Virus record (IMG/VR): IMGVR_UViG_3300032284_001133
Span: 1-64,000 of that record
Reading direction: 5' to 3' (one strand)
Origin: a virus
DNA length: 64,000 nt
The translations under genes and the position numbers were made by a program. Of the stretch, positions 1-11,900 are shown piece after piece. The notes below the pieces were generated by a model. It saw only the letters and a program-made list of their open reading frames with translations, did not search any database and was not told the DNA's origin. How positions within the stretch are numbered: position 1 is the first letter of the stretch; each line of letters starts with the position of its first letter.

Positions 1-1374
1 GCCTTGAACATTACCTTGAACATTACCTTGAACATTACCAATTAATGCTCCAGTAAAAGTACTAGCAAAGATTCCACCATTTGGATCACGCAATACAACC
101 GTAGTAGCATTTGGATTTACATCAGGAGCTTGTATGTTACCACCGCTATCTAAAACTGCGGTAGCGTGTAATGAACTTCCAGGGCCAGCGGCCCATTGTC
201 CCACTAATGTACCTGTGGTAGTCGGAGACCCTGCTGTTAATGTAGGAGTTTGAACTATAGGACTAGTAATTTGACTATTGTCAGTTAACGTCCATTGTCC
301 TTCTAATGTTGCTGTAGAACTTGTAGAGCCTGCAGAAATATTTTGTATATACGCTGTTCCCCAACGAGCATTACTTAATCCTAAATTGTTTGATAAATCA
401 GTTGCTGGATGAAATTTGCTGGTATTAGATAAATTCCAGTCGCCGACTAAAATTCCTGTTGAACCGGCAGTACCTGCATTAATATTTGAAACATATAATG
501 TAGTAAATTTAGCATTAGATGCTCCTAAATTTATAGATGTTCCACTAGGCAATATACTAGTGTTTGTTATAACAGATGCGCTTGCATTATTAGATATTAA
601 TAAATTTCCAGAAACGTCTATGTTCAAAGTTGCTTGGTTTGCAGGGCCAATATTAACACCACCTGCATTAGTAAAACTCCAAAGCCCGCTTACTATTTCT
701 GTTGATGTTGTTTTAGTATATCTAGAATCTTCAACATTTCCGTATAGTGCTACACTAGAATCAGAAAAAGTTAAACCTTTATGTATAGTTGTAAAACCTA
801 ACGAATAAAACGGATCGGAAGGATCTACATTAAATGTATTATTTGATGCGGCAATCAAAATATGTCCATCAACTGCGACAGAAACTACAGGGTGGCTAGT
901 ATTATTGGTGCCTAACACGGAAGTTGATGTCCACTTTGTATCATTAAAACCTACCACTAATTCTGGGCCAATTAAACTAAAATTGCTACCTGTATTTGTT
1001 TGTACCCATAATTGATGTAGACTGCTGTCAAACCATAAATCACCAGGTTGTAAGGTTGTTGGAGCCGACGAGCTAATTTCAGTAATACCTAGAGATCTCC
1101 AATTACCTCCATCATATACTCTTGGTCTTAGAATTGCTGTAGAAGTAGTTCCATGTGTAGAATCAAACCAAAACTGACCTTGAATAGGATTAACAGGTTG
1201 AGTAGTTGCGGCAAAATTTTCTAACAACCATAAAAAGTTGTCATTTTGACTAGTACCATAATCTGTAACATTTTTTCCTATAAAATTTATACTAGTGGTT
1301 ACTTGATTATCTATTGCACCATCTGCGATAGTAGTTAAAGGTGTTCCGTCAAATTTTATTAAATTATATGGCAT
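1..1374 (-). CDS. Tail fibre/baseplate-associated structural protein, truncated by window edge
   Basis: Not in the ORF track because it runs off the window. ATG at 1374 with GGGGA upstream; reads MPYNLIKFDGTPLTTIADG...FIGKNVTDYGTSQNDNFLWLLENFAATTQPVNPIQGQFWFDS, the same N-terminal module as the next two ORFs. Confidence 0.8.
   Translation of the reverse strand, partial: MPYNLIKFDGTPLTTIADGAIDNQVTTSINFIGKNVTDYGTSQNDNFLWLLENFAATTQPVNPIQGQFWFDSTHGTTSTAILRPRVYDGGNWRSLGITEISSSAPTTLQPGDLWFDSSLHQLWVQTNTGSNFSLIGPELVVGFNDTKWTSTSVLGTNNTSHPVVSVAVDGHILIAASNNTFNVDPSDPFYSLGFTTIHKGLTFSDSSVALYGNVEDSRYTKTTSTEIVSGLWSFTNAGGVNIGPANQATLNIDVSGNLLISNNASASVITNTSILPSGTSINLGASNAKFTTLYVSNINAGTAGSTGILVGDWNLSNTSKFHPATDLSNNLGLSNARWGTAYIQNISAGSTSSTATLEGQWTLTDNSQITSPIVQTPTLTAGSPTTTGTLVGQWAAGPGSSLHATAVLDSGGNIQAPDVNPNATTVVLRDPNGGIFASTFTGALIGNVQGNVQGNVQG
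2..39. repeat. 12-bp tandem repeat (CCTTGAACATTA x3) encoding GNVQ repeats
   Basis: Three exact copies at the window start; reads GNVQGNVQGNVQG on the minus strand. Confidence 0.85.
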
Positions 1375-1387
1375 TCATTTTCCCCAA

Positions 1388-3265
1388 TTATGTAATATCT
1401 CGTATATAGGTCCATGTGCCTGTAGATACCTGATATAATTTTGTTACATAAGTAGGCACAGGAGGAGGAACAGTTACTGAAACTGAACCTGCCACATCTT
1501 CAAGAACGTTTGTACCTGTACTCAATTGTATGTATGATTTATTTAAAGTAATAACGCTAGTAGCAGTACTAGGAGAATATGTTATTGCTAAAACTGTACA
1601 TATAGCACCATCATATTGTCTGTATAAAGACCCCGACAATCCTCCATCAATGGGCAATACTTTATCTAAATAGCTCTTAATATCTTGATTTGGATTTAAG
1701 AAGTATGTAGTATCTATTGACAATGTATAAGGTTTTCTACCTAGTAATCCACCAGCGTTTAATGCGATTTCGCCATCAACGTAACCTTTAGTTGCCGCTA
1801 CTGTTGATGTATCAATAGCGGTTGTCGGTTTCATATTTGTGATTTGTGTACCTTGAAGATCTGTTAATCCTGTACTAGGACTTATGATTAAATTAGTAAA
1901 CGGTACTGTTGTAATTGTATTTTGATATAATGTCAATCCACTAAACTCTATACTTGTCATTGGTGTTGTTACACCTAATGTTAATAGATTTGGCGCCGCG
2001 GCAGAATAAACTGTAGATTCATCAATAACTTTAGTAACATTAACAAAATATGCTTTACCTGCATGAACTTGAATATGGTCACTTGAATCCCAAGAAGCGC
2101 CTGTTGCATTATACAAGAATGTATGATCAGTAGTTCCGTGTAAAATTATACCACCACTATTAACAAATGCATCAGATGATGTTGTTTGGAAAGAACCAAG
2201 TTCAATATTTTTATCAGCTACTTGTAACAACTGAGTTTCGATTATAGTCTGTGTTCCTAGAACTTGAATATTGCCGTTAATTCGAACATCACCTACAATG
2301 TCTAAAGGATATACTGGATTACTATTAAGTATGCCTACTCGATGATTACCGGCAGAATCATTAACCATTGTAACCATACTAACTTGCCCCGGATTTCCTA
2401 ATCCATCAGCATCAGTACTGTGTACTCTTAGATCTAAAGTAGATTTTGATTGTATACTATATGCACTATATACCACTGTTGCGGTAGTTATACTATCAAC
2501 GTATAGTTGTAAATTATTGTTAGTACCAATAATTGTACCTGTATTATTGCTAACAAACAACGGACCACGCATTACGTTGTTTAAAGGATCGTATGTATTC
2601 TTTTGAATAAATGAAGTAGCATCAAACCCTGCAACAGAATCTGCACTGGTAGCCGTACCATTAAATCTAATACCGCCAAAATTAGTGTTTAGTGTAAGAC
2701 CTGTTTTTAAGGTTGATGTATTATATACAGATGTATAATTAGAATTAAGTATAATCGGTTGTTCTGTTAAAGACGCTAGTAAAACTCCGTTATTATATAA
2801 ATTTGATACTATATAAGTTTTAAGATTTACATCTTGTACTGTTTCAACTAACCAACCTGCTTTACCTACGCTATCTGCATAGCTTTTAGAACTACTTATT
2901 AACTTGGCTCCATTCCAATACCATAGTTGATTATTAGCCGAGTCTATCCAAAAATCACCTGCAACCAGGTTACCGGGTACAGTTGTAGAAATTGTTGCTC
3001 CACCAACAGGTTTAAATGTGCTGGTAGAATAAACAAACATTCTTCCTTCTAGTGTATTAAACCATAATTGTCCAGTAACTGGACTCCTAGGGGCGGTTAC
3101 ATTAGCAAAATTTTCTAGCAACGAAACAAAATTTTGATTAAGAGACTGTCCATACGCATTAGAATTTTTACCTACAAGAGTTAGACTTGTGGTAATATTA
3201 TCATATGATTGATCTGCTAATGTAAGTAGGGTGGTCCCATCGGAATTTAATATTGTATATGACAT
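1388..3265 (-). CDS. Tail fibre-like structural protein (625 aa)
   Basis: N-terminal TSLTLVGKN..YG..NFVSLLENFA..P..GQLWF module shared with neighbours; beta-rich Thr/Ser/Asn composition; ATKGYVD fibre motif. Confidence 0.75.
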   Translation of the reverse strand: MSYTILNSDGTTLLTLADQSYDNITTSLTLVGKNSNAYGQSLNQNFVSLLENFANVTAPRSPVTGQLWFNTLEGRMFVYSTSTFKPVGGATISTTVPGNLVAGDFWIDSANNQLWYWNGAKLISSSKSYADSVGKAGWLVETVQDVNLKTYIVSNLYNNGVLLASLTEQPIILNSNYTSVYNTSTLKTGLTLNTNFGGIRFNGTATSADSVAGFDATSFIQKNTYDPLNNVMRGPLFVSNNTGTIIGTNNNLQLYVDSITTATVVYSAYSIQSKSTLDLRVHSTDADGLGNPGQVSMVTMVNDSAGNHRVGILNSNPVYPLDIVGDVRINGNIQVLGTQTIIETQLLQVADKNIELGSFQTTSSDAFVNSGGIILHGTTDHTFLYNATGASWDSSDHIQVHAGKAYFVNVTKVIDESTVYSAAAPNLLTLGVTTPMTSIEFSGLTLYQNTITTVPFTNLIISPSTGLTDLQGTQITNMKPTTAIDTSTVAATKGYVDGEIALNAGGLLGRKPYTLSIDTTYFLNPNQDIKSYLDKVLPIDGGLSGSLYRQYDGAICTVLAITYSPSTATSVITLNKSYIQLSTGTNVLEDVAGSVSVTVPPPVPTYVTKLYQVSTGTWTYIRDIT

Positions 3266-3269
3266 AGTA

Positions 3270-5312
3270 TTAGGTCTTTATGATGTAGTTAAATGCATGG
3301 TATGGGTTCATTACGCTGGTAATTTGTGTTGCAGTAGATGTTGATACCCCGTCAGGACCAGAGACATTGGCGGTAATAGTTGCAGTATTAGAACCTCCAA
3401 CTACTAAAGGTGCTAGGCCTTGATTAGCAATATCATAATTAGGTACATTTGCTCCAGGAACTCGACCAGCAGATCCACTAGGACTACCAATAAAGTTATT
3501 ACTAAAATTGTCATAACCGATTGCCATTCGACCTCTCATATCAGGAAGCTGAAATGCTGCCACACTTGGATCTCCTCCATATGTGTATCCAATGGCAGCA
3601 AATAATGATGGATAATCTTTAGCGTAAAAGAATGAACCGTCGCATAATAACCAGTTGTATGTTCCATCAGATTTTTTATTTGCAACACCAGCCGATGTTA
3701 AATTTTGTAACGGTAATAAACCAGCCCATGGAAGAATAGTACCAGCAGGAACTAAACTATTATATAAATCTTGTAAAAAATTTGCTTTTGTAATTTGTAT
3801 TAATTCATTGGTAGATGTTTGAGCCGCTATTACTAAATCATTAAGTGCAACACTTGTAGCCGTAACTTGATCAGTAATTGCGGTAACACCAAGTTGTGAG
3901 TTAAAAGCATAAGTCCCAGGTGATCCGTTCCATGTGAAAGGTGTTTTGTTTGGATCAGTCGAAATATATAACGAACCACTTAATTGCCCGCCAAGTTGGA
4001 AAATACTGCCTGTTGAAAGAGAATTAGCACTTGACGCATTTCCTATAAAAGTAGCGGCTGTTCCATTTAGTCCAGAATATATTCTAGAATAAACATTAGC
4101 AAAAGCTAATCCAGGTTTTCCAAGATTATATGTACTAGAAGATAGAGGATATATACCATCATTACCTAACGTACTAGTAGGTTGACCCGATAATCCAACT
4201 TGTATAGGCTGTGTGAATATAGTAGTTGCAGTAAAAGTAGCAGTTCCGCCTACATTTAGTGTAGAATCTAATCGGGCAGGGCCTTTAATTTCAAAATTTG
4301 TATTTGTTAATGTTGATAGCGCAACAGATAAAGTTCCATTAATAGTAAGATTGCCATTAAGTTGCATATCAGTTGCATGACTATTTCCTACTGTAATTTT
4401 AAAATTATCCCCATCAACAGTTAATAATTCGTTGTTTACTCCGTTACCTGAAGGATCAGATACCTGAAAAGAAAATTCACCACCATTAACAGAATTTAAA
4501 AGTAAATTTTGTCGTGTTCCTACTTTTTTCATTACAAATGTAGGAACAGTTCCAAGACCTAAATTAGTAGTAATATTAAGACTTGCTGATATAGTATTGT
4601 CTATGTCATTTCTAACAAAATTATTTCCTGTTACATATTCTGTATACGGGCTCGATACTAATATATTTTCTGCCGCGTATGCAGTAGCGTTTAATTTTGA
4701 ATTGTAATTTGCATTTAAATTAACACCCGGTTGTAATGTACCAAAACCATTGATAACCTGTTGTGGAACAAAGGTATCTGAACTAATAATTTCTACGACA
4801 TTATTGTTAATATATTGTTTGATGACAGTGTGCGATGCACCAAATTTGTCAGTTACTGTTTCTGGGTATGAACCAGTCTTAAGTGTACTACTGAAATTAG
4901 GACCAACTAATGTCCAGTTGGTCCCATCAATTGTTAGAAATAGTTGACCTAAATCTTCATTTACCCACAAATCTCCAGGAAGTCCGCTAGGAGAAACAGA
5001 TGTACCCGAAGTTCTCCATACACCATCTGATGGTTTCCAGTTTCCTGTTCCTGCTGTTCCGTCATTTACGTATAATCTATTGTTTCCATTATCAAACCAT
5101 AGTTGTCCTTGTATAGGATTATTAGGAGGAGTAGCACTTGCAAAATTTTCTAGCATCTGAACAAAATCAGTTGCTATAGCCGACGAGAATCCTGAAACAT
5201 TTTTACCTATTAAAGATAAACTAGTATCAACAGTATTAATAACCCCGTCTTCAACTACAATCGGTGTAGCAATTTTATTTGGATCTGAGAAATAAACGTT
5301 AAAGCTACCCAT
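3270..5312 (-). CDS. Short tail fibre-like protein with C-terminal phage tail-collar domain (680 aa)
   Basis: C-terminal VPAGTILPWAG...WLLCDGS...YPSLFAAIGYTYGG...FQLPDMRGR...MNPYHAFNYIIKT is the tail collar signature; shared N-terminal module. Confidence 0.85.
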   Translation of the reverse strand: MGSFNVYFSDPNKIATPIVVEDGVINTVDTSLSLIGKNVSGFSSAIATDFVQMLENFASATPPNNPIQGQLWFDNGNNRLYVNDGTAGTGNWKPSDGVWRTSGTSVSPSGLPGDLWVNEDLGQLFLTIDGTNWTLVGPNFSSTLKTGSYPETVTDKFGASHTVIKQYINNNVVEIISSDTFVPQQVINGFGTLQPGVNLNANYNSKLNATAYAAENILVSSPYTEYVTGNNFVRNDIDNTISASLNITTNLGLGTVPTFVMKKVGTRQNLLLNSVNGGEFSFQVSDPSGNGVNNELLTVDGDNFKITVGNSHATDMQLNGNLTINGTLSVALSTLTNTNFEIKGPARLDSTLNVGGTATFTATTIFTQPIQVGLSGQPTSTLGNDGIYPLSSSTYNLGKPGLAFANVYSRIYSGLNGTAATFIGNASSANSLSTGSIFQLGGQLSGSLYISTDPNKTPFTWNGSPGTYAFNSQLGVTAITDQVTATSVALNDLVIAAQTSTNELIQITKANFLQDLYNSLVPAGTILPWAGLLPLQNLTSAGVANKKSDGTYNWLLCDGSFFYAKDYPSLFAAIGYTYGGDPSVAAFQLPDMRGRMAIGYDNFSNNFIGSPSGSAGRVPGANVPNYDIANQGLAPLVVGGSNTATITANVSGPDGVSTSTATQITSVMNPYHAFNYIIKT

Positions 5313-5314
5313 GA

Positions 5315-5986
5315 TTAAGCTCCAGTTCCGCTAAGACTTTGAACTCGAATTGTATAATCAATTTGAATTAATCGATTTAACGATTTTTGCACAGGGTGGA
5401 ATATAACATGAGTTAATAGATTACCCATTCCAATTCCATCTAGACTATTTGATCGTAGTCCTAACTCGTCAAACACATAACTTCCGTTAAAATTTGTACT
5501 ATTATCAAAAGCATTTTGTCCGCTAGGTTCACCGAAGTCTAATAAACAACTAACTAACAAATCAGTATAAGTTGCCCCAGAAGTATGTCTGTATTCCATA
5601 AAGTTTCTAGTAGGATCTAGATTATATGTACTTTGTTGATCAACAACTTTACTATATGTTTTGTTATATAGAGAACTATTTACACCAACAGTATTAGGTG
5701 TTAGATATGTAATGATGCCCGTAGGATCAACTCGACTTCCGCCGTTGCCAAATTCCATCTCTGAAACCCAACCAAATCCTTGATTACCTATACTTTGAAC
5801 TAATGCTAAACTGAAATTTTCGTAATGAATAGCATTACGCTTGTTTACGTAAACTTCATTTGTTTCAGGATCAAATATTTTAATATGACCCTGTAATTTA
5901 ACTCCGCCAAGATCTGTCATGTTAGACTCGTTTAATGGCTGATTAGACTGTTGATTTGGCATGTTTTTGTTCTCATTGTTGTCCAT
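5315..5986 (-). CDS. Conserved baseplate/tail-region protein of unknown function (223 aa)
   Basis: Lies between the giant wedge gene and the fibre genes; TAAATA 5 nt upstream of the ATG; ends FHPVQKSLNRLIQIDYTIRVQ. Confidence 0.65.
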   Translation of the reverse strand: MDNNENKNMPNQQSNQPLNESNMTDLGGVKLQGHIKIFDPETNEVYVNKRNAIHYENFSLALVQSIGNQGFGWVSEMEFGNGGSRVDPTGIITYLTPNTVGVNSSLYNKTYSKVVDQQSTYNLDPTRNFMEYRHTSGATYTDLLVSCLLDFGEPSGQNAFDNSTNFNGSYVFDELGLRSNSLDGIGMGNLLTHVIFHPVQKSLNRLIQIDYTIRVQSLSGTGA

Positions 5987-8900
5987 AGTAATATTTATCT
6001 GGCAGCGCGGCCGGCCTTTCTAATAAAAATTTAACCTGTTCTGTACTGTTATCGTGCATAGGTACAGTATGATCTATCCATAGTGCAGTTACATTACGCA
6101 CAACTTCAATTTGAGATCCTATGCTCGTTGCTGTACTTAATATTAGCTGATGTGTATTGGTATCAATATAATATCCTGCAGGTTGTATAATATCGCTGTT
6201 GTATTCTCCGCTATCATAGGCAATATTTGGATCATGTAAGGTCAACGGATCTTCAGGACGAGTCAACTGTTTGCCTTGATAAAATACCTGTATCTGCGAA
6301 TCTAATAAAGCACTACTTGATGTACTTATTCCATGTATCAAATTACCACTAGCGGTATTTAATGCTGTTGTAAAATTAATATTATTCAGATCAAATGTAG
6401 CTGTCGAAACGCTGGTAATAATTCTTTCAGTTTGAGTATAATCTAAAACTGGAATATTTTGTTGCGGACTTTGATCGATAACTGCTGTTCCTGCAGGATA
6501 TAATGATCTTACACCAGTGGCAAAAGTTCCACGCTTGATTTGTGATAAAACATTGCCTGTTTTAACATAATATTCGATTCTTTCTCCGAAAATTAATAAG
6601 ATTCCAGGCTGATTTCTACTAATATTTGGATGACCTAGAACAGATGCATCTACTACTGTAATGGTAGTATCTGTAGAAGTTAAAGGTTGAGCAAGTTGAG
6701 TTGTATTTTGAAGACTCAGGCGTTTATAACTTGTTCTTCCTAGGCTATCTTTAAACATTCTATAACCTAGAATAGACTGAGATGTTATATCAGAAATGCT
6801 CATCACTACAACATTATCAGTAGGTTTCAATATAAAACTATCGCTTAATATTAAAGTTTGTCCATCGGCATCAATTTTATAATCATAATTGTTTGTTAAA
6901 TTAGATCCATTTACTTCTACCCAAAGGTAGTTACTATTAAGAACAGTTCTACTTAAAAGATAACGACCACTGATATTTCCAGCAAATCTTTCTTTTCTGA
7001 TTCCCATAGTATCGCCATCAGTAAATGTTACAATTCTTATCGTATTTGAAGAAGACGATGTATCAACAGCCGATGTTAACACCAATTGATTATTCTGTAT
7101 TTCATATTGATGACCGATAAGGTTAACGATAGCAATAGCGTCACCATTTTTAACGGATACTGAATTAAAACGAACTGTATTATCTGTTTGCATTAATTCG
7201 TATTGATCACCTAGATTAGCCAGTAGCCCATTAATATACACCTCAAGGCTCGATGCATCTATTGCACCAGTTTGATAGTTATAATGGGCATTTAAAGGAT
7301 ATGTTAATTGATTGTTTTCAATTACAAAATATAGTGTATCAGGAGGAAGCAATTTTACACCATTGTATTCTACAATAACCTGGCTGTGGAACGGTCCAAG
7401 TTTGCCCGGCGGCTGAACTAAGTCGAATACACTTACTCCAGTTGTACCTGTTGTAATAACCTGATCGTAAACTTGACTAAAGGCCTTGTAGGGCGAATTA
7501 AACAACCAAACTTGTACGACATCTTCTTGATTAAAATTAGAATTAAATTTTAAAGAAGATCTGTTAATATCATATCCATTTGTGGTGCTCAATATTTGAT
7601 ACGAAGATGTAGTAACGCCATTAACTGTAACGTAAGAACTTTCAACATCATTAAATGCAGAAGCAAACGTTAAAATATTTGTTGTGGTATTTGATATGTT
7701 AAACACATCATATTCTAGAATATCTCCGCTACTAACTCCGATAGTGGTTATCGATAATAGGCCGGAACCTAAAGTATTAAAAGTTGTAAGAGTATTATTA
7801 GAAAAATCAATTGTGAAATCTTGATTTACATACAATGGGTTATCATTCCATAATACCATAACACTATCATTGTTAGGTGGTGTAGTACCTAAGGCAAAGG
7901 TACTTTGTGTTCCTGCTGTAAAATATTTTTTATTAATAATTAAAGGATTAAATGCCTGTGGTCTAGTGAACACACTGATGCCGACACTTTCTAATATATT
8001 TCCAGGAAGATTTTCTTCTGGTCCGTAACTATTCCAAGGACTAATAAATCCGTCACCGTCTAGGTTAATATCTGTGTATTCATCTGATTCACTTATCGTA
8101 GTACCATTAATTGTACCACCATATATTAATGTATCAAGATCTACATCTGTAGGTATTGTTGTACCATCACTAACCCAAGGACGGAAGATAACGATATCAT
8201 TTGGTCCAACAATTTGTCCTATACTAATAGTATTAACACCTACAGTACCAGTAAAACTCTGCATTGTAGCATTAGGATTTGTAATTGTATTATCTGTTCC
8301 GTAATTAGGATCATCTATTCTCACAGCATTTACAATAGATCCCGTACTTACATAAACTGTTATTGTTGTTCCTACAACAGGTGTGTAAGGTAATGTATAA
8401 ACTTCTGGATTTGGATTTGTAAATGTTATATTTGTATTTGTTGTAAGAGTAGGTGTTAATAAATTAAATCCAATTTCCCAATATCCTCTATATTGCGTAT
8501 CTGATGTAGAAGTAGTAACTGTAAAAACAGTAGTAGTATTAGTTAGAGTAGCTATTGCACCCACCTGTACATTTCTAATAGACAAATTATTAGCTACATT
8601 GAAAGAATGGAGCCCATTGTCTGTGTTTATATGGTCAAATTTTGCAACTATTACAGGACTGGTTGCTTGGTAAACACCAGGTTCAGACACATAGTCATCC
8701 CATGTACTACCACCCCACGGCGCTGTATCCCATCCTAAAGAAGAATGAAATGGCAATGTATCAATTGTAACTCCTGGATATTCTAATCCACTCATTAACA
8801 GCGTAGCAGTATTACCTGGCATACCGCTAGTTGGAGAGTAATAATTTTGTATTCTATCTACAGCACGATATAACGAAACATTTTTAGTATATGTAACAAC

Positions 8901-11900
8901 AACCGGTGAACCAAAAGTAGGAGTTGTATTCAATGTAATTGTTGCATATTGTTTTGTATAGCCGTTAAATTTTCCAGTTGAATAGTTAATTGTATAATCC
9001 GAATCTAATTTTAATAAGCCTCCAACGGTAACTTCAAAATCTCGTTTATTAGGTTCTGGATACCAAGTTAATGGGAATATATGTGTATAACCATCTCCTG
9101 TGAATTCATCAACTGCCGTAGGTGTTGTTATTTCATTGTATCCTGCAACTCTATCAAATTTAATTTTTGTTAATGTTGACCTAATCTGATCATTTGCTAA
9201 TTTAGCTCCAACTTTGGCAGAAGTTAACGTAGTAGGACCCCCGCCTTCTAAAATAATTTTAGGATTTGATGTATAACCAGCACCCGGATTAGTAACTACA
9301 ATCTGTGACACTTTTCCTAATGCTATATATGCTACTGCTGTTGCTGTAGTAGTTACTACATCGCCGTTGGTTGCTTGTACAACAACTTGCGGAGGATATT
9401 GATATCCGCTACCACCATCGAATACATCAATGCTTTTAACATAATATGTATAATTTTCAAACCATGATTTATAAGGTTGTTGATTTAGTAAAGGTGATCC
9501 AAATGTAACAGGAGTAAATTGTTTTAATGCTGTATCATAATAAGAAGGAAGATCAAAATCTGTTGTCATAGATAACGACACTTCTGTAGATGTATAGGCA
9601 TCTGTAAAAGTTCTTACCTTTGTTCTGTAAGGTTTTGCTTCTTCAATAAAACTTTCATAATAACTTGTATCGTCAAGTTTATAGGTTGCTGGTTGATTTA
9701 GTTCTCCAGCATTATTTGTAACTCCTATAAACGATGTTTTAAATGCCCAATCTAAGAATTTTTGCTCTGTCAGGGCATATCGAACCAATTTAAAGAATAA
9801 TTTGTTAAGATGTATTTGTAGATCTCTTACAAATACATTATTATTAAGTGTGTTAAAAATAATTTGAGATTCTACATCCGGTGTTGAATCAAATTCTGTT
9901 TGATCCCAAGCAGTATCTGTTCCATCGAACCCTCTGGTACTAGATGTGAAATTCCATAAAGAATCTAAAAGTTTTATTGTTCCGTTTTGTTCGTACACTA
10001 AATCATATTCTCGATTGTAAGTCCCTGGCTGAGCTGTTGTTGATAATTTTTTAAGAACAATCGAGCGACCATTACCGTTGTTATTAATCTTAATATAATT
10101 TCCTGCAGGAACATTAGTTAATACCGCAAGTTCGTACGGAGCATCAATAGTTAATAAAAATTCTTGATTAGGATTAAATGTAGGACTTACCCAATCAATA
10201 TATGACCAGTAATTTGTAGTATCGTAACTTTGTACATGAACAGGAATACCCCAAGTTAAATTAGAATAGTTCCATTCATATTTGCTCCACTTGTTATTAA
10301 CACTAGAATCAACATTTACAATCACTGTAAATGGACGTACTGTTAATGTTGGAGCAAAGGTGTAATTCTTTCCTGGATCAATGATTGATACACCAATAAC
10401 CGATCCTGCGGTATTAATCGTTGTTCTAATTTCACCATTTATTCCTGAACCGGTTACGGTAACGGTAGGAGCTACCTTATAGCCAAATCCCGGATCAATA
10501 ATTGATATATCAATAATTTTTCCGTACTGTATTCTGCAAGTTAACACAGCTTGTTTTGTATATCTAGGTGAAAGTGCATCTCTCTCTACTAGATCTTCTA
10601 CTAGTACATCATATGTGCCCATATCAATGTTAGGAATAGGTTCTTTAGAATCCAAAGGAGAAATATCGTAATTGTCAACTATTAGATTTTTTTCAAGAAC
10701 GCTGTTTGAATATTCAACTAACGTTCTAATAGCGCCTAATCTATCAACAAACACACTCTGTCTTGGACGGATTTGTACACCATATTTTAATCTGTTAGGC
10801 AATGTAGGATCCGGTACTGGATTACCTTGAGAATCGTGTCCTAATGCACTATCTAATATTTTTTGTACAAGAGCATCACTAGGCAAACTATTAATATTGT
10901 TTTCTTGTAATAACAACCATTCTGTATGAATAGGAATGTTATTGTTAATAGTATCCATTTCAATAGCTAAATGAATATTATTTTCATTTAGAGAAGGTTT
11001 ACTATTGGCTAGCATAACTGCGTTGTTTGCTAGGAAAGAAATATATTTTAATCCTACCGATCTTGGATTTGCAATAGTATTTGCAACATCAAATGCGCTC
11101 ATCCTACGAGTTGTATTGTTAGGAATAACAACTTTATTTTTGACCCAGTAATAATATACATTTGTAAAACCTTGAGTTGTTGAACTAAAAATTTGTTTTA
11201 CTGATATCACACTATTATCTGGATATTTAGGTTGTCCACTAATTCCTGCAATTAGACCGTCTGTTGTATCTGCTAACGCACTCCACTGGCTAGGTAGATA
11301 TGTTGACCTTACCCATTCATATACATCTATAGTGCATCCGGGGAAAATTCCTCCCCAATTATTTCTACGGAATTCTAATTCACCTTGCTCATACCAAACA
11401 AATTTAACTGTGCTTAAATCCCACCATAATTCACCGACATGATCATCTATCCAGTTGGCGCTGGTATTATTATTTGTGCCTGCATTACCTATAGAATATA
11501 TTGCAGGATCATTTATCATTTTATATTTTAATTCTTGATTTGCAATTCCAGGAATACGTCCTTTTACTGGGTCAACCACATCAAGATAATCTTGAACTTG
11601 AGAATTATAATCGTCTATAGTATAAATTTTTTGTACCGCTGAAAGATCAACAAGGTCAACTTCTTCTCTTAATAAATTCCAACTGTTGGTATAGTTAACA
11701 TTTTTGTCAAATATGTATACTGAACCAGTTTGTGATTTAGTAGATTGTAACCCTGGAGCACCTACCATAATAACACTATCGGTAGCAAATATAGATTCAC
11801 CAAATAAATCTGTAGTTCCTACTGTTGTATCAAAAATTTCTTGTCCAAAAACAAACATATCTGAATAACGATTAAACACAAATGCCGACCCTGAAGATTT

